This document shows, piece after piece, positions 1 to 8,404 of a stretch of 45,164 nt of DNA (positions are counted from its first letter, which is position 1; every line of letters starts with the position of its first letter). Location: NCBI GenBank assembly GCA_021810705.1, contig JAJZID010000001.1, positions 1 to 45,164 of the forward strand. The letters are read 5' to 3'. Made by a program: the position numbers and the translations under genes. This DNA is from Actinomycetes bacterium (GTDB lineage Bacteria > Actinomycetota > Thermoleophilia > Solirubrobacterales > Solirubrobacteraceae). The notes below the pieces were generated by a model. It ran no database searches and had not been told where the DNA came from. It saw only the letters and a list, made by a program, of their open reading frames with translations.

Positions 1-121
1 TCAACGTCTCAGCCGGCAGACCCAGCTCCGCAGCGACCTGGCTGACAGGCCGACCAGACTCGATCGCCAAACGCACACCACGATCGATCAACTCCTGGGG
101 ATACTTCCTTCCTCTTGGCAT
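1..121 (-). CDS. IS3-family transposase OrfA, N-terminal part (truncated by window edge)
   Basis: Manual translation from ATG at 121: MPRGRKYPQELIDRGVRLAIESGRPVSQVAAELGLPAETL, the typical OrfA HTH pattern; not in the ORF track. Confidence 0.8.
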   Translation of the reverse strand, partial: MPRGRKYPQELIDRGVRLAIESGRPVSQVAAELGLPAETL

Positions 122-189
122 AACGGCAACTTCCTTCCCGAGGGCCAAAACCCTCGCTCAAAAGTCTCCGTGAAACCCGGCCTGCCTCA
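1..189 (-). mobile_element. IS3-family (IS6110/IS51-like) insertion sequence, left end; continues beyond the window start
   Basis: Minus strand from 189 reads TGAGGCAGGCCGGGTTTCACGGAGACTT, resembling IS6110-type terminal IRs (TG...CCGG...CGGAGACT), and is followed by an OrfA-like frame. Confidence 0.8.
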
Positions 190-401
190 GACCGGACCGT
201 CCGCCCATGACGCCACCTCACACCGGTCTTACGATCAACACCAACCTGCCGGCACGCCTCGCTGTTGCTCACACCCGCAGCGATCAGCACAGCCCAACGA
301 GCCCGCTTCTCAGCCTGCGGCGCCGGCCCCGGTGACCGTCTCTCTCCTGACATCGCGACCCCCAAACCGTGATGGTGTTGCGACGATCACTCGAATCCGC
401 C
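190..401 (-). mobile_element. IS30-family element left end with transposase N-terminus (ATG at 353), interrupted by the IS3 element
   Basis: Terminal sequence GGCGGATTCGAGTGATCGTCGCAACACC (401->374, minus) resembles actinobacterial IS30-family ends; protein GVSNSEACRQVGVDRKTGVRWRHGR is the HTH-like N-terminus; the frame runs into the IS3 IR at 189. Confidence 0.7.
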
Positions 402-423
402 CCGTCACGGTGGGGCCAAGCGA

Positions 424-796
424 AGTCGTCGTTCTCAAGAACCGGCGAGGGCAGCATTTCGTCAGCTTCTTGCCGGCGATCAGCAACGACGCCGCCACAG
501 CCCTCCGCCAAGAGATCCGATCCTGGCGGATCAACGTGCACAGCGATAAGACCCTCGATGAGATCGCGTCGTTCATCAACCCGATCGTGCATGGGTGGTG
601 CAGCTACTACGGGCGCTTCTACAAGTCCTGGTTGCATCGCTCGCTACGGCAGATCAACGAGTACCTGATTCGTTGGGCTCGCAGGAAATACAAACGGTTG
701 CGGACCAGCGCCCGCAGGGCCTGGCGATGGCTACGCGGAGTTCAACACCGCGCGCCAGAACTATTCGCTCACTGGGCGTTCGGTTCCGTCGCCTGA
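424..796 (+). pseudogene. ltrA: Group II intron reverse transcriptase/maturase, C-terminal (domain X) fragment
   Basis: KNRRGQHFVSFLPAIS...INPIVHGWCSYYGRFYKS...YLIRWARRKYKRL...PELFAHW is domain X of class-D-like intron-encoded proteins; RT core (YADD) is absent from the window. Confidence 0.85.
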
Positions 797-812
797 GAAG
801 ACTGGGTCAGAA

Positions 813-885
813 GAGCCGGATGACGGGAGACTGTCACGTCCGGTGCTGTGAGAGCCGGGGGCTGAAACGTCCCCGGCCACTCGAC
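813..885 (+). ncRNA. Group II intron domains V and VI with 3' splice site
   Basis: GAGCCGGATGACGGGAGACTGTCACGTCCGGTGC (AGC triad, GAGA loop, AC bulge), then the hairpin GCCGGGGG-CTGAAACGT-CCCCGGC and terminal CACTCGAC. Confidence 0.9.
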
Positions 886-984
886 AGGTTAGGTCCGGTC
901 CGCGTGCTATGAGCCGTTTCTCGCCATCTCCAAGTCGACAAAAGGTCTCACGTCAGCCTGACCGAACGTACGGGGCCAGCACGC

Positions 985-2817
985 CTACTCACGTGACGCG
1001 AGCTTCGCCAGCGTCGCCTCGGGCGTGAGGCTGGCCGTGAGCGCCGCGCGATAATAACCATCTGCGCCCAGGAGATCAGCCACAGACCCGAAGGCCTCGA
1101 TCTCACCGTCAACGATTACGAGTACCCGCTCGCAGATCTCGAGCGTTGACATCCGGTGAGCGACGATGAAGAGGGTCAGGTTGCTGCGTAGGCGCGTCAG
1201 CGAGTTCTGGATGACCTGCTCGGCGAGAGGATCCAGCGCGCTGGTCGGCTCGTCGAGTATGAGGACATCCGGGTCGGCAGCGAGCGCGCGGGCCAGGCAG
1301 ATGCGCTGCTGCTGGCCGCCCGAGATGGCGTCGGCGCGCGGACCCACGATCGTGTCGTAGCCACCGCTCCAGCTGATGATGTCATCGTGGATACCCGCGT
1401 CGATCGCTGCGCGCTGCACGGACTCAGCGGAGATGTCTCGGAAGAACCTGATGTTCTCGGCAACCGAGGCGTGCAGCAAGCGAGGCTCCTGGGGAACGTA
1501 GGCAAACGCCCTTCGCCACGACTCTCTGGTGTATTCACTGGCACTACTCCCGTTTATCAGGTAATCCCCTGAAGTCGGCGCACGGAGACCAAGCAAGATC
1601 TGCACTAGCGTGGACTTGCCCGCGCCTGATGGCCCCACCACTCCGATCGTCTCGCCTCCCGTCACCTCCATGTTCAGGTGCTTGAGCGCTGGCGCTGTGC
1701 GGTCGTATGAGAACGAGACGTTACGCAGCTCGAGGGTCTTGAGCCTCTCTAGCGGAATGGCTCCAACCGGCGCAGCGCTCTCGCGATAACTTCGCTCGGC
1801 CGCCTTGAGTCGGTCAACGTAGGGCTGGGACTGACGCAGCATCTGGATCGCCGACTGGACCGTCTGACCGTAGGAGCCGGAGCGCACCAGCATCAGCACG
1901 ACCACTCCGAGTGAGCCAAGGTTGGCCGGAGCGGCAGCATAGAGGATGAGCAGCGAGACGACGAGAAGCAGGTAGATCAAGCCCTGGTAGACACTGCTCA
2001 CGAGCGTCGCCAGCCAGTTCACGTGGAGATTTGGGCGACGGAACGAGGCGATGAAGTCGTCGAGGCGCACTCTCTGATGCTCCTCAGCGCCAAAGACGTG
2101 GGCCTCCTCGGCCAGGCGCACTGCCTCGTTGACGCCTCCGGCGTATGCCAGCCAACCCTGCGAGAGCGCGGCAGCGCGTCGTTGACCGAGACTGCCCAAC
2201 GGCCGCAGGACAGCCGCAAGGCTTCCGGCCACCAGGATGATCCCAAGCGCGGCGAACGGACTCAGGGCGACGGCCGAGATCACGAGCACAAAAAATGTCA
2301 AAAATGCGGTGATGAGCTGCGCGGCGACCTGGTAGGCCTGGGTGGCGCCATTTATGTGATTGGTGATCAGCTCCTGGAAGTGTCCCTCACGGTCGCGCGA
2401 TTGAACGTCCCAGGATGCGCGGCTGAAGGCGTCGAAGAGATCGCTACGGAGCGTCGCCTGCATCGATGTGGAGATCCACGCCGGTATGAACGAGGTGATG
2501 ACTCCGAGCGCGAGCCTGGCAAACGCGAGCCCGATCCCGAACGCGAGGAGCGTTCCGATTGACGCGTCTAACCGAACTGGTCCCACGCTCGTGGCGATGT
2601 GGGACTGATGCTTTGCGATCAGCAGTGCCGCTTCGGCAAGAATAGCCAGCACACCAGCCTCCGCGAGCCCGGCGGCGACAGAGGAGACGACCAAGCCAGC
2701 TATCGCAATCGGCATCGTTGACAGCAGGTATCGGATCTGCGCCAACACGAAAGAGCCCGACGTTGAAGCTGTCGGCCCCGGGGAGTTCGATCGTTTGAGG
2801 CGAAGGTTGATCGACAT
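985..2817 (-). CDS. ABC exporter, fused TMD+NBD (MsbA/PglK/Wzk-like), probable lipid-linked glycan flippase
   Basis: N-terminal TM helices; Walker A GPSGAGKST, signature ISGGQQQR, Walker B LILDEPTSALD, H-loop AHR; lies in a glycan locus. Confidence 0.85.
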   Translation of the reverse strand: MSINLRLKRSNSPGPTASTSGSFVLAQIRYLLSTMPIAIAGLVVSSVAAGLAEAGVLAILAEAALLIAKHQSHIATSVGPVRLDASIGTLLAFGIGLAFARLALGVITSFIPAWISTSMQATLRSDLFDAFSRASWDVQSRDREGHFQELITNHINGATQAYQVAAQLITAFLTFFVLVISAVALSPFAALGIILVAGSLAAVLRPLGSLGQRRAAALSQGWLAYAGGVNEAVRLAEEAHVFGAEEHQRVRLDDFIASFRRPNLHVNWLATLVSSVYQGLIYLLLVVSLLILYAAAPANLGSLGVVVLMLVRSGSYGQTVQSAIQMLRQSQPYVDRLKAAERSYRESAAPVGAIPLERLKTLELRNVSFSYDRTAPALKHLNMEVTGGETIGVVGPSGAGKSTLVQILLGLRAPTSGDYLINGSSASEYTRESWRRAFAYVPQEPRLLHASVAENIRFFRDISAESVQRAAIDAGIHDDIISWSGGYDTIVGPRADAISGGQQQRICLARALAADPDVLILDEPTSALDPLAEQVIQNSLTRLRSNLTLFIVAHRMSTLEICERVLVIVDGEIEAFGSVADLLGADGYYRAALTASLTPEATLAKLASRE

Positions 2818-3090
2818 TGTCCGAAGGCTAGGGCTTGAGTTGTGCTTGCACGGCCGCGTGAAGTTCTGAGGCGGCCACCGTCAATGAGCTAATAAGGGGT
2901 TAGTCGACAGGCTTGCCGGTGTTCTTTAGCGAGTCGGCCAGCCGCGCTTCAAGACGCGCGCCCTGAGCCACCAGCGGTGCCCTGGCTGCATACGCCGAAA
3001 CGGCCAAGGTTGGCTTCCATACGGCTGGCTCGGGACAGAGGAGATATGCGCTATCTCGCATGGAGGCGATGTGGGGCTGTCTTGGCGATC

Positions 3091-4101
3091 CTAGTCAGCG
3101 CTGCTCATGGCCTGCCAGCTCGGTGGCATGTTGGTTGGCACTTCGATTTCGCCTGGAAAGGGCACCTCGGCCCGCACGCCGTTTGCCCTGACCCAATCGG
3201 CCATGCGGCGGATGCCGTCGTCAAGACTGATGGTGGGCTGATCACCGAAAGTCCGGCGCGCCTTCTCATGGGTGGAGAACGCGTGGATCACCTCATTGCG
3301 CGCGGGGAGGTGGACCAGTTCTGGCTCAACACCGAACGCTCGGCCAACCGCCTCCGCGAGTTCAACGATCGTGTAGGGCTGGTCAGCCCCTACGTTGAAA
3401 ACCTCGTTTCGGGATTGCTCTACGAGAGGTGCTCGTGCGATGAGAGGAGCAACATCGTCGATATGGGAAAACGCTCGTGTCTGCAGGCCGTCCCCGAAGA
3501 TCGGCAGGGGCAGCCCCTGGATAAGTCGGTTCATAAAGATGCCGATGGCATTCCGGTACGGGTCAGAAATGTTCTGGCGCTCTCCGTAGACATTGTGCGG
3601 GCGGAAGACCGTGTAGTCGAGACCGAACATCTCGTGCGCCGCGGCGAGGTCGAGCTCCACGGCGTATTTGGAGATGCCGTAGGGATCCTCCGGTCGCGGG
3701 ACCGTGGACTCGGTCATCGGTGTTTGCTCGGCGCCATAGACCGCGATCGACGATGTGAAAACGAAGCGCTGCACGCCACGCAGGACTGACTGGTTTATGA
3801 GCAGAACGCTTGCTTCCAGATTGGTTCGGTAGTTGTACCTGCGGATGAAGTGCGACAGGCCCTCGGCTGCGTAGGCGGCGAGGTGGTAGACGTAGTCGTA
3901 GTCGCCGAGTTCCCAAAGCTCCTCGATGAACCGAGGATCGCGGATATCACCCTGTAGCCAAGCCGCTCCCTCGGGAACATTCTCGAGAAAGCCGCCTGAG
4001 AGGTCATCGGTTGCGACGACATCCATGCCCAGCGTTAGACAGTGATCGGCGACGTGGGAACCGATGAAGCCAGCGGCCCCAGTGACTAGCGCGCGTGCCA
4101 T
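3091..4101 (-). CDS. NAD-dependent NDP-sugar epimerase/dehydratase
   Basis: TGAAGFIG, TSS, YGISK (YxxxK), NVYG, GDGLQTRAF motifs of the extended SDR family. Confidence 0.9.
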   Translation of the reverse strand: MARALVTGAAGFIGSHVADHCLTLGMDVVATDDLSGGFLENVPEGAAWLQGDIRDPRFIEELWELGDYDYVYHLAAYAAEGLSHFIRRYNYRTNLEASVLLINQSVLRGVQRFVFTSSIAVYGAEQTPMTESTVPRPEDPYGISKYAVELDLAAAHEMFGLDYTVFRPHNVYGERQNISDPYRNAIGIFMNRLIQGLPLPIFGDGLQTRAFSHIDDVAPLIARAPLVEQSRNEVFNVGADQPYTIVELAEAVGRAFGVEPELVHLPARNEVIHAFSTHEKARRTFGDQPTISLDDGIRRMADWVRANGVRAEVPFPGEIEVPTNMPPSWQAMSSAD

Positions 4102-4206
4102 ACCGAGCGCCGAAGTATAGCCGTGCCTGGGCTCAGACTCCTGACTCGCGTGAATCGCTTGGCCGGCACCATGGCGCTATTGTCGCTTGCTGGCTCTGGT
4201 CCTGCA

Positions 4207-5361
4207 ATGCGAATCGTTTGCCTCACTTCTGACGCCTCCACTAACTCCCTTGTGCGCCTGGTCCCAGTGGCTAAGGTGCTCGCGCGAAATCACGAGGTGA
4301 CGGTTGCTGGGTTTATGTCCGGACCAGGCGTCTTCGGTCAATACGCTGACGATTTCGACTTTCACACGCTGAGGACGCGTAACCTGCCGGCGTTTGTAAG
4401 GCAGGTCGGAAGCCTTGCGCGCTCCGTGGATGCCGATCTCATCTACGCCTTCAAGCCACTTTCGACCAGCCTCTGGACCGGCTTGGCCGCGAGTAGGCGG
4501 CTTGCGGTTCCACTTGCGCTTGACATCGAGGACTGGGAGGTGGGATGGTATCTGGACCAGCCTCGCCTAGACCAAGTCAAGCACCTGGCGCATATCGAAC
4601 GTCCGAACGGGCTGTTGTGGTCGATCATAAATGAGCGCCTTGCGGCTTTCGCGCAACATCGTTTCGTCGTCAGCCGCTTCTTCCAGCAGCGGTTTGGCGG
4701 GACTCTTTTGAGCCACGGCCCCGATACGACGGTGTTCGATCCCGAACGCTGGGACAGACAGGAGGCACTTGAAGAGTTCGGGCTGGAGGATCTTCAATAT
4801 GTGCTGTTTGCCGGAACGCCTATGCGCTCGAAGGGGGTCGAGGACGTGCTTGCTGCACTAGAGCGGCTAGGCCGCCGCGACACCAAAATGCTGATCGTCG
4901 GCTCCACGAGGCATGATCCCCGCTTCTGCGCCGAGCTTGAAGCACGCCACGAAGAGATTTTGGTTATGTTGGGACCGCAGCCGCACCATCTGATGCCGGC
5001 GCTGCTCTCCGCTGCCACTGTGGTTGCTCTGCCTCAGCGCGTTACCCACGAAACGGTCGGACAGGTGCCCGGGAAGGTTTACGAGGCCATGGCGATGGCC
5101 AGGCCGGTTGTCGCCACTGCGGTGTCGGACCTACCTGAGATCCTCGATGGCTGCGGGGTGGTGATCCCACCCGGTGACTCGGCGGTGTTGGAGACTTCGC
5201 TCGCCCAGTTGCTTGATGACGCGGAGCTTTGTCATCAAGTCGGACGCAGGGCTCGCCTCAGGTGTCAGGAGCGGTACGGCTGGGATGCGATGGAGGCGAT
5301 CCTCGAGTCCGCTTTTGGCGCCACGGTTGCGTCCGTGTCAGGAGCAGGCCTCGTCGAGTAA
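4207..5361 (+). CDS. Glycosyltransferase family 4 (GT-B)
   Basis: Probable start MRIVCLT at 4207; KGVEDVL and PGKVYEAMAMARPVV motifs. Confidence 0.85.
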   Translation: MRIVCLTSDASTNSLVRLVPVAKVLARNHEVTVAGFMSGPGVFGQYADDFDFHTLRTRNLPAFVRQVGSLARSVDADLIYAFKPLSTSLWTGLAASRRLAVPLALDIEDWEVGWYLDQPRLDQVKHLAHIERPNGLLWSIINERLAAFAQHRFVVSRFFQQRFGGTLLSHGPDTTVFDPERWDRQEALEEFGLEDLQYVLFAGTPMRSKGVEDVLAALERLGRRDTKMLIVGSTRHDPRFCAELEARHEEILVMLGPQPHHLMPALLSAATVVALPQRVTHETVGQVPGKVYEAMAMARPVVATAVSDLPEILDGCGVVIPPGDSAVLETSLAQLLDDAELCHQVGRRARLRCQERYGWDAMEAILESAFGATVASVSGAGLVE

Positions 5362-6567
5362 CCCGGCGAGCCCGCCGGTGAGCGCCCGTCGGCTGAGCCT
5401 GCTCGCATCTCGGACGACCACTTCGGTACGAGCCGTTCGGAGCGCCGCGAGGGCTGCGGCGGTGTCCCCCGTGGCGACGATGTGGGTACCCGAAAATCCA
5501 CGCAGCAGCTGAGCGGCGTCAGTCTCCGGGTCACCGACGTAGATGATCGGTCGGCTGGTTGCCAGATACTCGAAGAGCTTCGCGACGATCCACCCGCGCT
5601 CGATGCCGGTCGATCGTAGCGGGCCTGGGACTACGAGCGCCGTGCAGCGCGCAAGCTCAGGAGCCACTTCTGCATGCGGGAGGTAGCCGGTGAACTCGAG
5701 CAACCCGCCTGCGCCACACGCAGCGACGCGAGCCTCAAGAGCCTCGTCCCGATTGCCAATCACGCGTATGGCATCGACACCAGGAAGCATCTGATCCAGG
5801 GCCGCGGCCGCCGACCAGATCGCGTCGAGGTCCTGGCTCTCCGGGTAAAAGGTCCCGGCATACCCCAGCGTGAAGCGATCAGTCAGGGGGGCGGGTGCCG
5901 CGGTGGTGTTCCCGTCGTGGCCGTTTGTGATGACTGACACATCACGCTGCCATGCTGCGCCGAAAATCTGTCCCCATGAGGGGGAGACCGTGACGAGCGC
6001 GTCCGCCTCCTGAGCGAGGCCGCGCTCTAGTCGCTCGGCACGTCGGCTTGGTGTGCCCGCCTGCGCTAGGCGGGCACACCAAGGGTCGCGGAACTCGGCC
6101 ACCCAAGGCACATGCAGCCTTCGGCGCAAGGTCCGCGCGATCAGGTGCGCGGTGACCGGGAAAGATGAGGAGAAGATCGCGTCAAAACGTCCCGGCCGGA
6201 TCTCCTGCTGGGCGCGTATAACTGCGGGGAGATACCAGCCTATCTGCGCATCGGGGAAATAGGCGTGGCGCCGCACGGCATGCTTCAACAGTTGACGGAC
6301 ACCGTGAACCGATGCGGCCTCCGTGTCGCTTCCGCCTGTGCGCAACAGCTGCTTGCCCGCCCGGCTCAGCTCGATCGAGCCCGTGCGGATCACGCGAGTC
6401 TCGGGAAAGGCAAGGCCAGGGTCGCGGTGATAGGCGCCGTTTCGTGGCGCCAGCACGGTCGCCTCCCAGCCAAAGTCGCTCAGGTGCTCGGCGAAGCTCA
6501 CGGTTCTGATGCTGCCGATACCGCCGAGCGGCGGGAAGTAGTAAGCAACGAACAGAACCCGCTTCAT
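5338..6567 (-). CDS. Glycosyltransferase family 4
   Basis: MKRVLFVAYYFPPLGG, EFRDPW, AKLFEYLATSRPI. Confidence 0.85.
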   Translation of the reverse strand: MKRVLFVAYYFPPLGGIGSIRTVSFAEHLSDFGWEATVLAPRNGAYHRDPGLAFPETRVIRTGSIELSRAGKQLLRTGGSDTEAASVHGVRQLLKHAVRRHAYFPDAQIGWYLPAVIRAQQEIRPGRFDAIFSSSFPVTAHLIARTLRRRLHVPWVAEFRDPWCARLAQAGTPSRRAERLERGLAQEADALVTVSPSWGQIFGAAWQRDVSVITNGHDGNTTAAPAPLTDRFTLGYAGTFYPESQDLDAIWSAAAALDQMLPGVDAIRVIGNRDEALEARVAACGAGGLLEFTGYLPHAEVAPELARCTALVVPGPLRSTGIERGWIVAKLFEYLATSRPIIYVGDPETDAAQLLRGFSGTHIVATGDTAAALAALRTARTEVVVRDASRLSRRALTGGLAGLLDEACS

Positions 6568-7739
6568 CGTGAGTTGACCACCTGCGCGTAGAGCGCTGCC
6601 AGTTCATTGCGAAAGCGATCGAGCGTGAAGCGCTCCTCAAACCGCGCGCGGCCGGCCATGCCCAGCTCGCGTGCGCGGGCGGGTGAAGTAGCCATCTCAG
6701 CCATGGCGGCAGCAAGCCCAGCGACGTCTCCCGGCGACACCAGGACCCCGGTCTTGCCATTCACGACGATCTCGGCGGCCGGTCCTGCCGTTGACGTTAT
6801 GACTGGCAGGCCGAACGACATTGCCTCAACGTTCGTAAAGCCGAAGCCTTCCGCGCGGGTAGGCATCACGAAAGCGTCCGCGGCGGGAAATAGCTCAGCT
6901 TTGAGGCGAGCATGGCTGACCTGAGCGAACCGCGTCAGCCGCCCACGTCGTTCGAGGTCGGCGACCATAGCTTGAACGTGCGTCCGGCGCTGCTCTGACG
7001 CCCAGCCATGCAGCAACAGGTCGGGGTTCCGCGCCAGCGGGTTGAACCCCGCCAGCACCAGGTGCACGTCCGGCAGGTCGCTTGCCACCTGCGCATAGGC
7101 CTCAATCAAGTCGTGCCCCCCCTTACGCTCGAAGTCAGTGCCCACAAACAGGAATGAGAACAGTGCTGGGCGCTCTGGCTTTGGTGTGAGCGGGGGCGTT
7201 GGAAATCCGGGGTAGATGACGCTGATCTTGGCGGGGTCGGCACCCCACGACCGGTTGATCTCACGAGCCCACTCGGAGAAGACGTATAGCCGGTCCACAC
7301 GGCTCAGGTTCAGCAGGCGATCGTGGATCCTGAGTGTCTTGTAGATTCTTCTGCTGCGCGCGTACCCGCCAGCGACCATCTCTGCCGTCCACCCGAGATA
7401 ATCAGCGAGATACACGGCCGAGGATGAGCCTTCGCTCATTACAAGCGGCGTCTTACCGAGGCCCCACAACGATGCTGGGTGCGCATGCACATGCACAAGG
7501 TCGTAGCGCTGGCGAAGAAGCAACGCCCGGAAACCCATGTCTGGGAGCGTCGCCGGGCGCGCAATCTTGTTCAGTGCCACCTCGATCGGGTAGTTGCACC
7601 ATGCGCCATCGGCGGAGCTGTGGAATCCGGCCGCTACGTCATAGCTCACACCGGGCGGCGGTGTGGCGCGCAGCGTATCGACATATATGCCTTCGCCGCC
7701 GTGTCCGGTTGGGCCTACCAGCAGCGTCCTCAAGCTCAT
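6564..7739 (-). CDS. Glycosyltransferase family 4
   Basis: FERKGG, EGFGFTNVEAMSFGLPV (EX7E); 4-bp overlaps with both neighbours. Confidence 0.9.
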   Translation of the reverse strand: MSLRTLLVGPTGHGGEGIYVDTLRATPPPGVSYDVAAGFHSSADGAWCNYPIEVALNKIARPATLPDMGFRALLLRQRYDLVHVHAHPASLWGLGKTPLVMSEGSSSAVYLADYLGWTAEMVAGGYARSRRIYKTLRIHDRLLNLSRVDRLYVFSEWAREINRSWGADPAKISVIYPGFPTPPLTPKPERPALFSFLFVGTDFERKGGHDLIEAYAQVASDLPDVHLVLAGFNPLARNPDLLLHGWASEQRRTHVQAMVADLERRGRLTRFAQVSHARLKAELFPAADAFVMPTRAEGFGFTNVEAMSFGLPVITSTAGPAAEIVVNGKTGVLVSPGDVAGLAAAMAEMATSPARARELGMAGRARFEERFTLDRFRNELAALYAQVVNSR

Positions 7740-8404
7740 CCCGGATGTGCCGCCACGACGACGTACTGGAAGGCGAGGAGTTCGGGAAAGACCCAGCGGG
7801 CGAGTGTCGCGTTGGAGATGCGTGTGGCCACCGCGCCGAGGCGCCCGATCTCCGACTGATCTTCGATCAGGCGATGGTTACGACCGATTTCGATTAGCTC
7901 CAAGCCATTGTGCTTGACGAACTGCTCGACGCTGTAGCGCGTGAAGACACGGAGATGTGTGCGGTCGCGGACACCTGCATCGGTGTAGCTCCAGCGATCG
8001 ACGATCAGCCGCAGCAGAACCGAGTAGAAGCGCCAGTTTGGAACGCTGATGATCACGCGGCCCTTCGGTTTCAGGAACGGCAGGCAACGCTGGAGCGCCG
8101 CGTCAGGGTCAGGCAGGTGCTCAAGCACGTCAGCGAACAGCAGGTAGTCGAACTCACTGTGAGCAAATGGCAGGTCGGCGTCCACGACGCTGCCTGCCAC
8201 AAGCAGGTCCAAGCGGCGGCGAGCCACCTCCGCAGATGGGGCGTGGAGCTCGATTCCTGCGACGTACGCCGCGCCGTCCGCCTTCAACCCCGCCCCGAGG
8301 ACGCCTTCGCCACAGCCGACGTCGAGGATGCGTGCTCCGTCGGCTTGCACGAGGCGTCGTATTTCGGGACGCGGATCCGAGTAGTAGGGGTATTTACCGG
8401 GCAT
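7736..8404 (-). CDS. Class I SAM-dependent methyltransferase
   Basis: ILDVGCGEG, DVLEHL, ISVPN, DRTHLRVFT; probable start MPGKYPYY at 8404. Confidence 0.85.
   Translation of the reverse strand: MPGKYPYYSDPRPEIRRLVQADGARILDVGCGEGVLGAGLKADGAAYVAGIELHAPSAEVARRRLDLLVAGSVVDADLPFAHSEFDYLLFADVLEHLPDPDAALQRCLPFLKPKGRVIISVPNWRFYSVLLRLIVDRWSYTDAGVRDRTHLRVFTRYSVEQFVKHNGLELIEIGRNHRLIEDQSEIGRLGAVATRISNATLARWVFPELLAFQYVVVAAHPG

Noticed and set aside
9-189. C-terminal half of the 118-aa minus ORF as IS30 transposase
   Set aside because: It reads through the IS3 IR and out of frame across OrfA
170-423. N-terminal half of the 208-aa ORF as part of the intron RT
   Set aside because: It is antisense IS3/IS30 sequence; the ORF is a chance chimera
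2977-3789. Long antisense ORFs (also 29746-30789, 24310-25227, 39794-40984 and others)
   Set aside because: High-GC codon-bias shadows of well-supported genes, with no recognisable motifs
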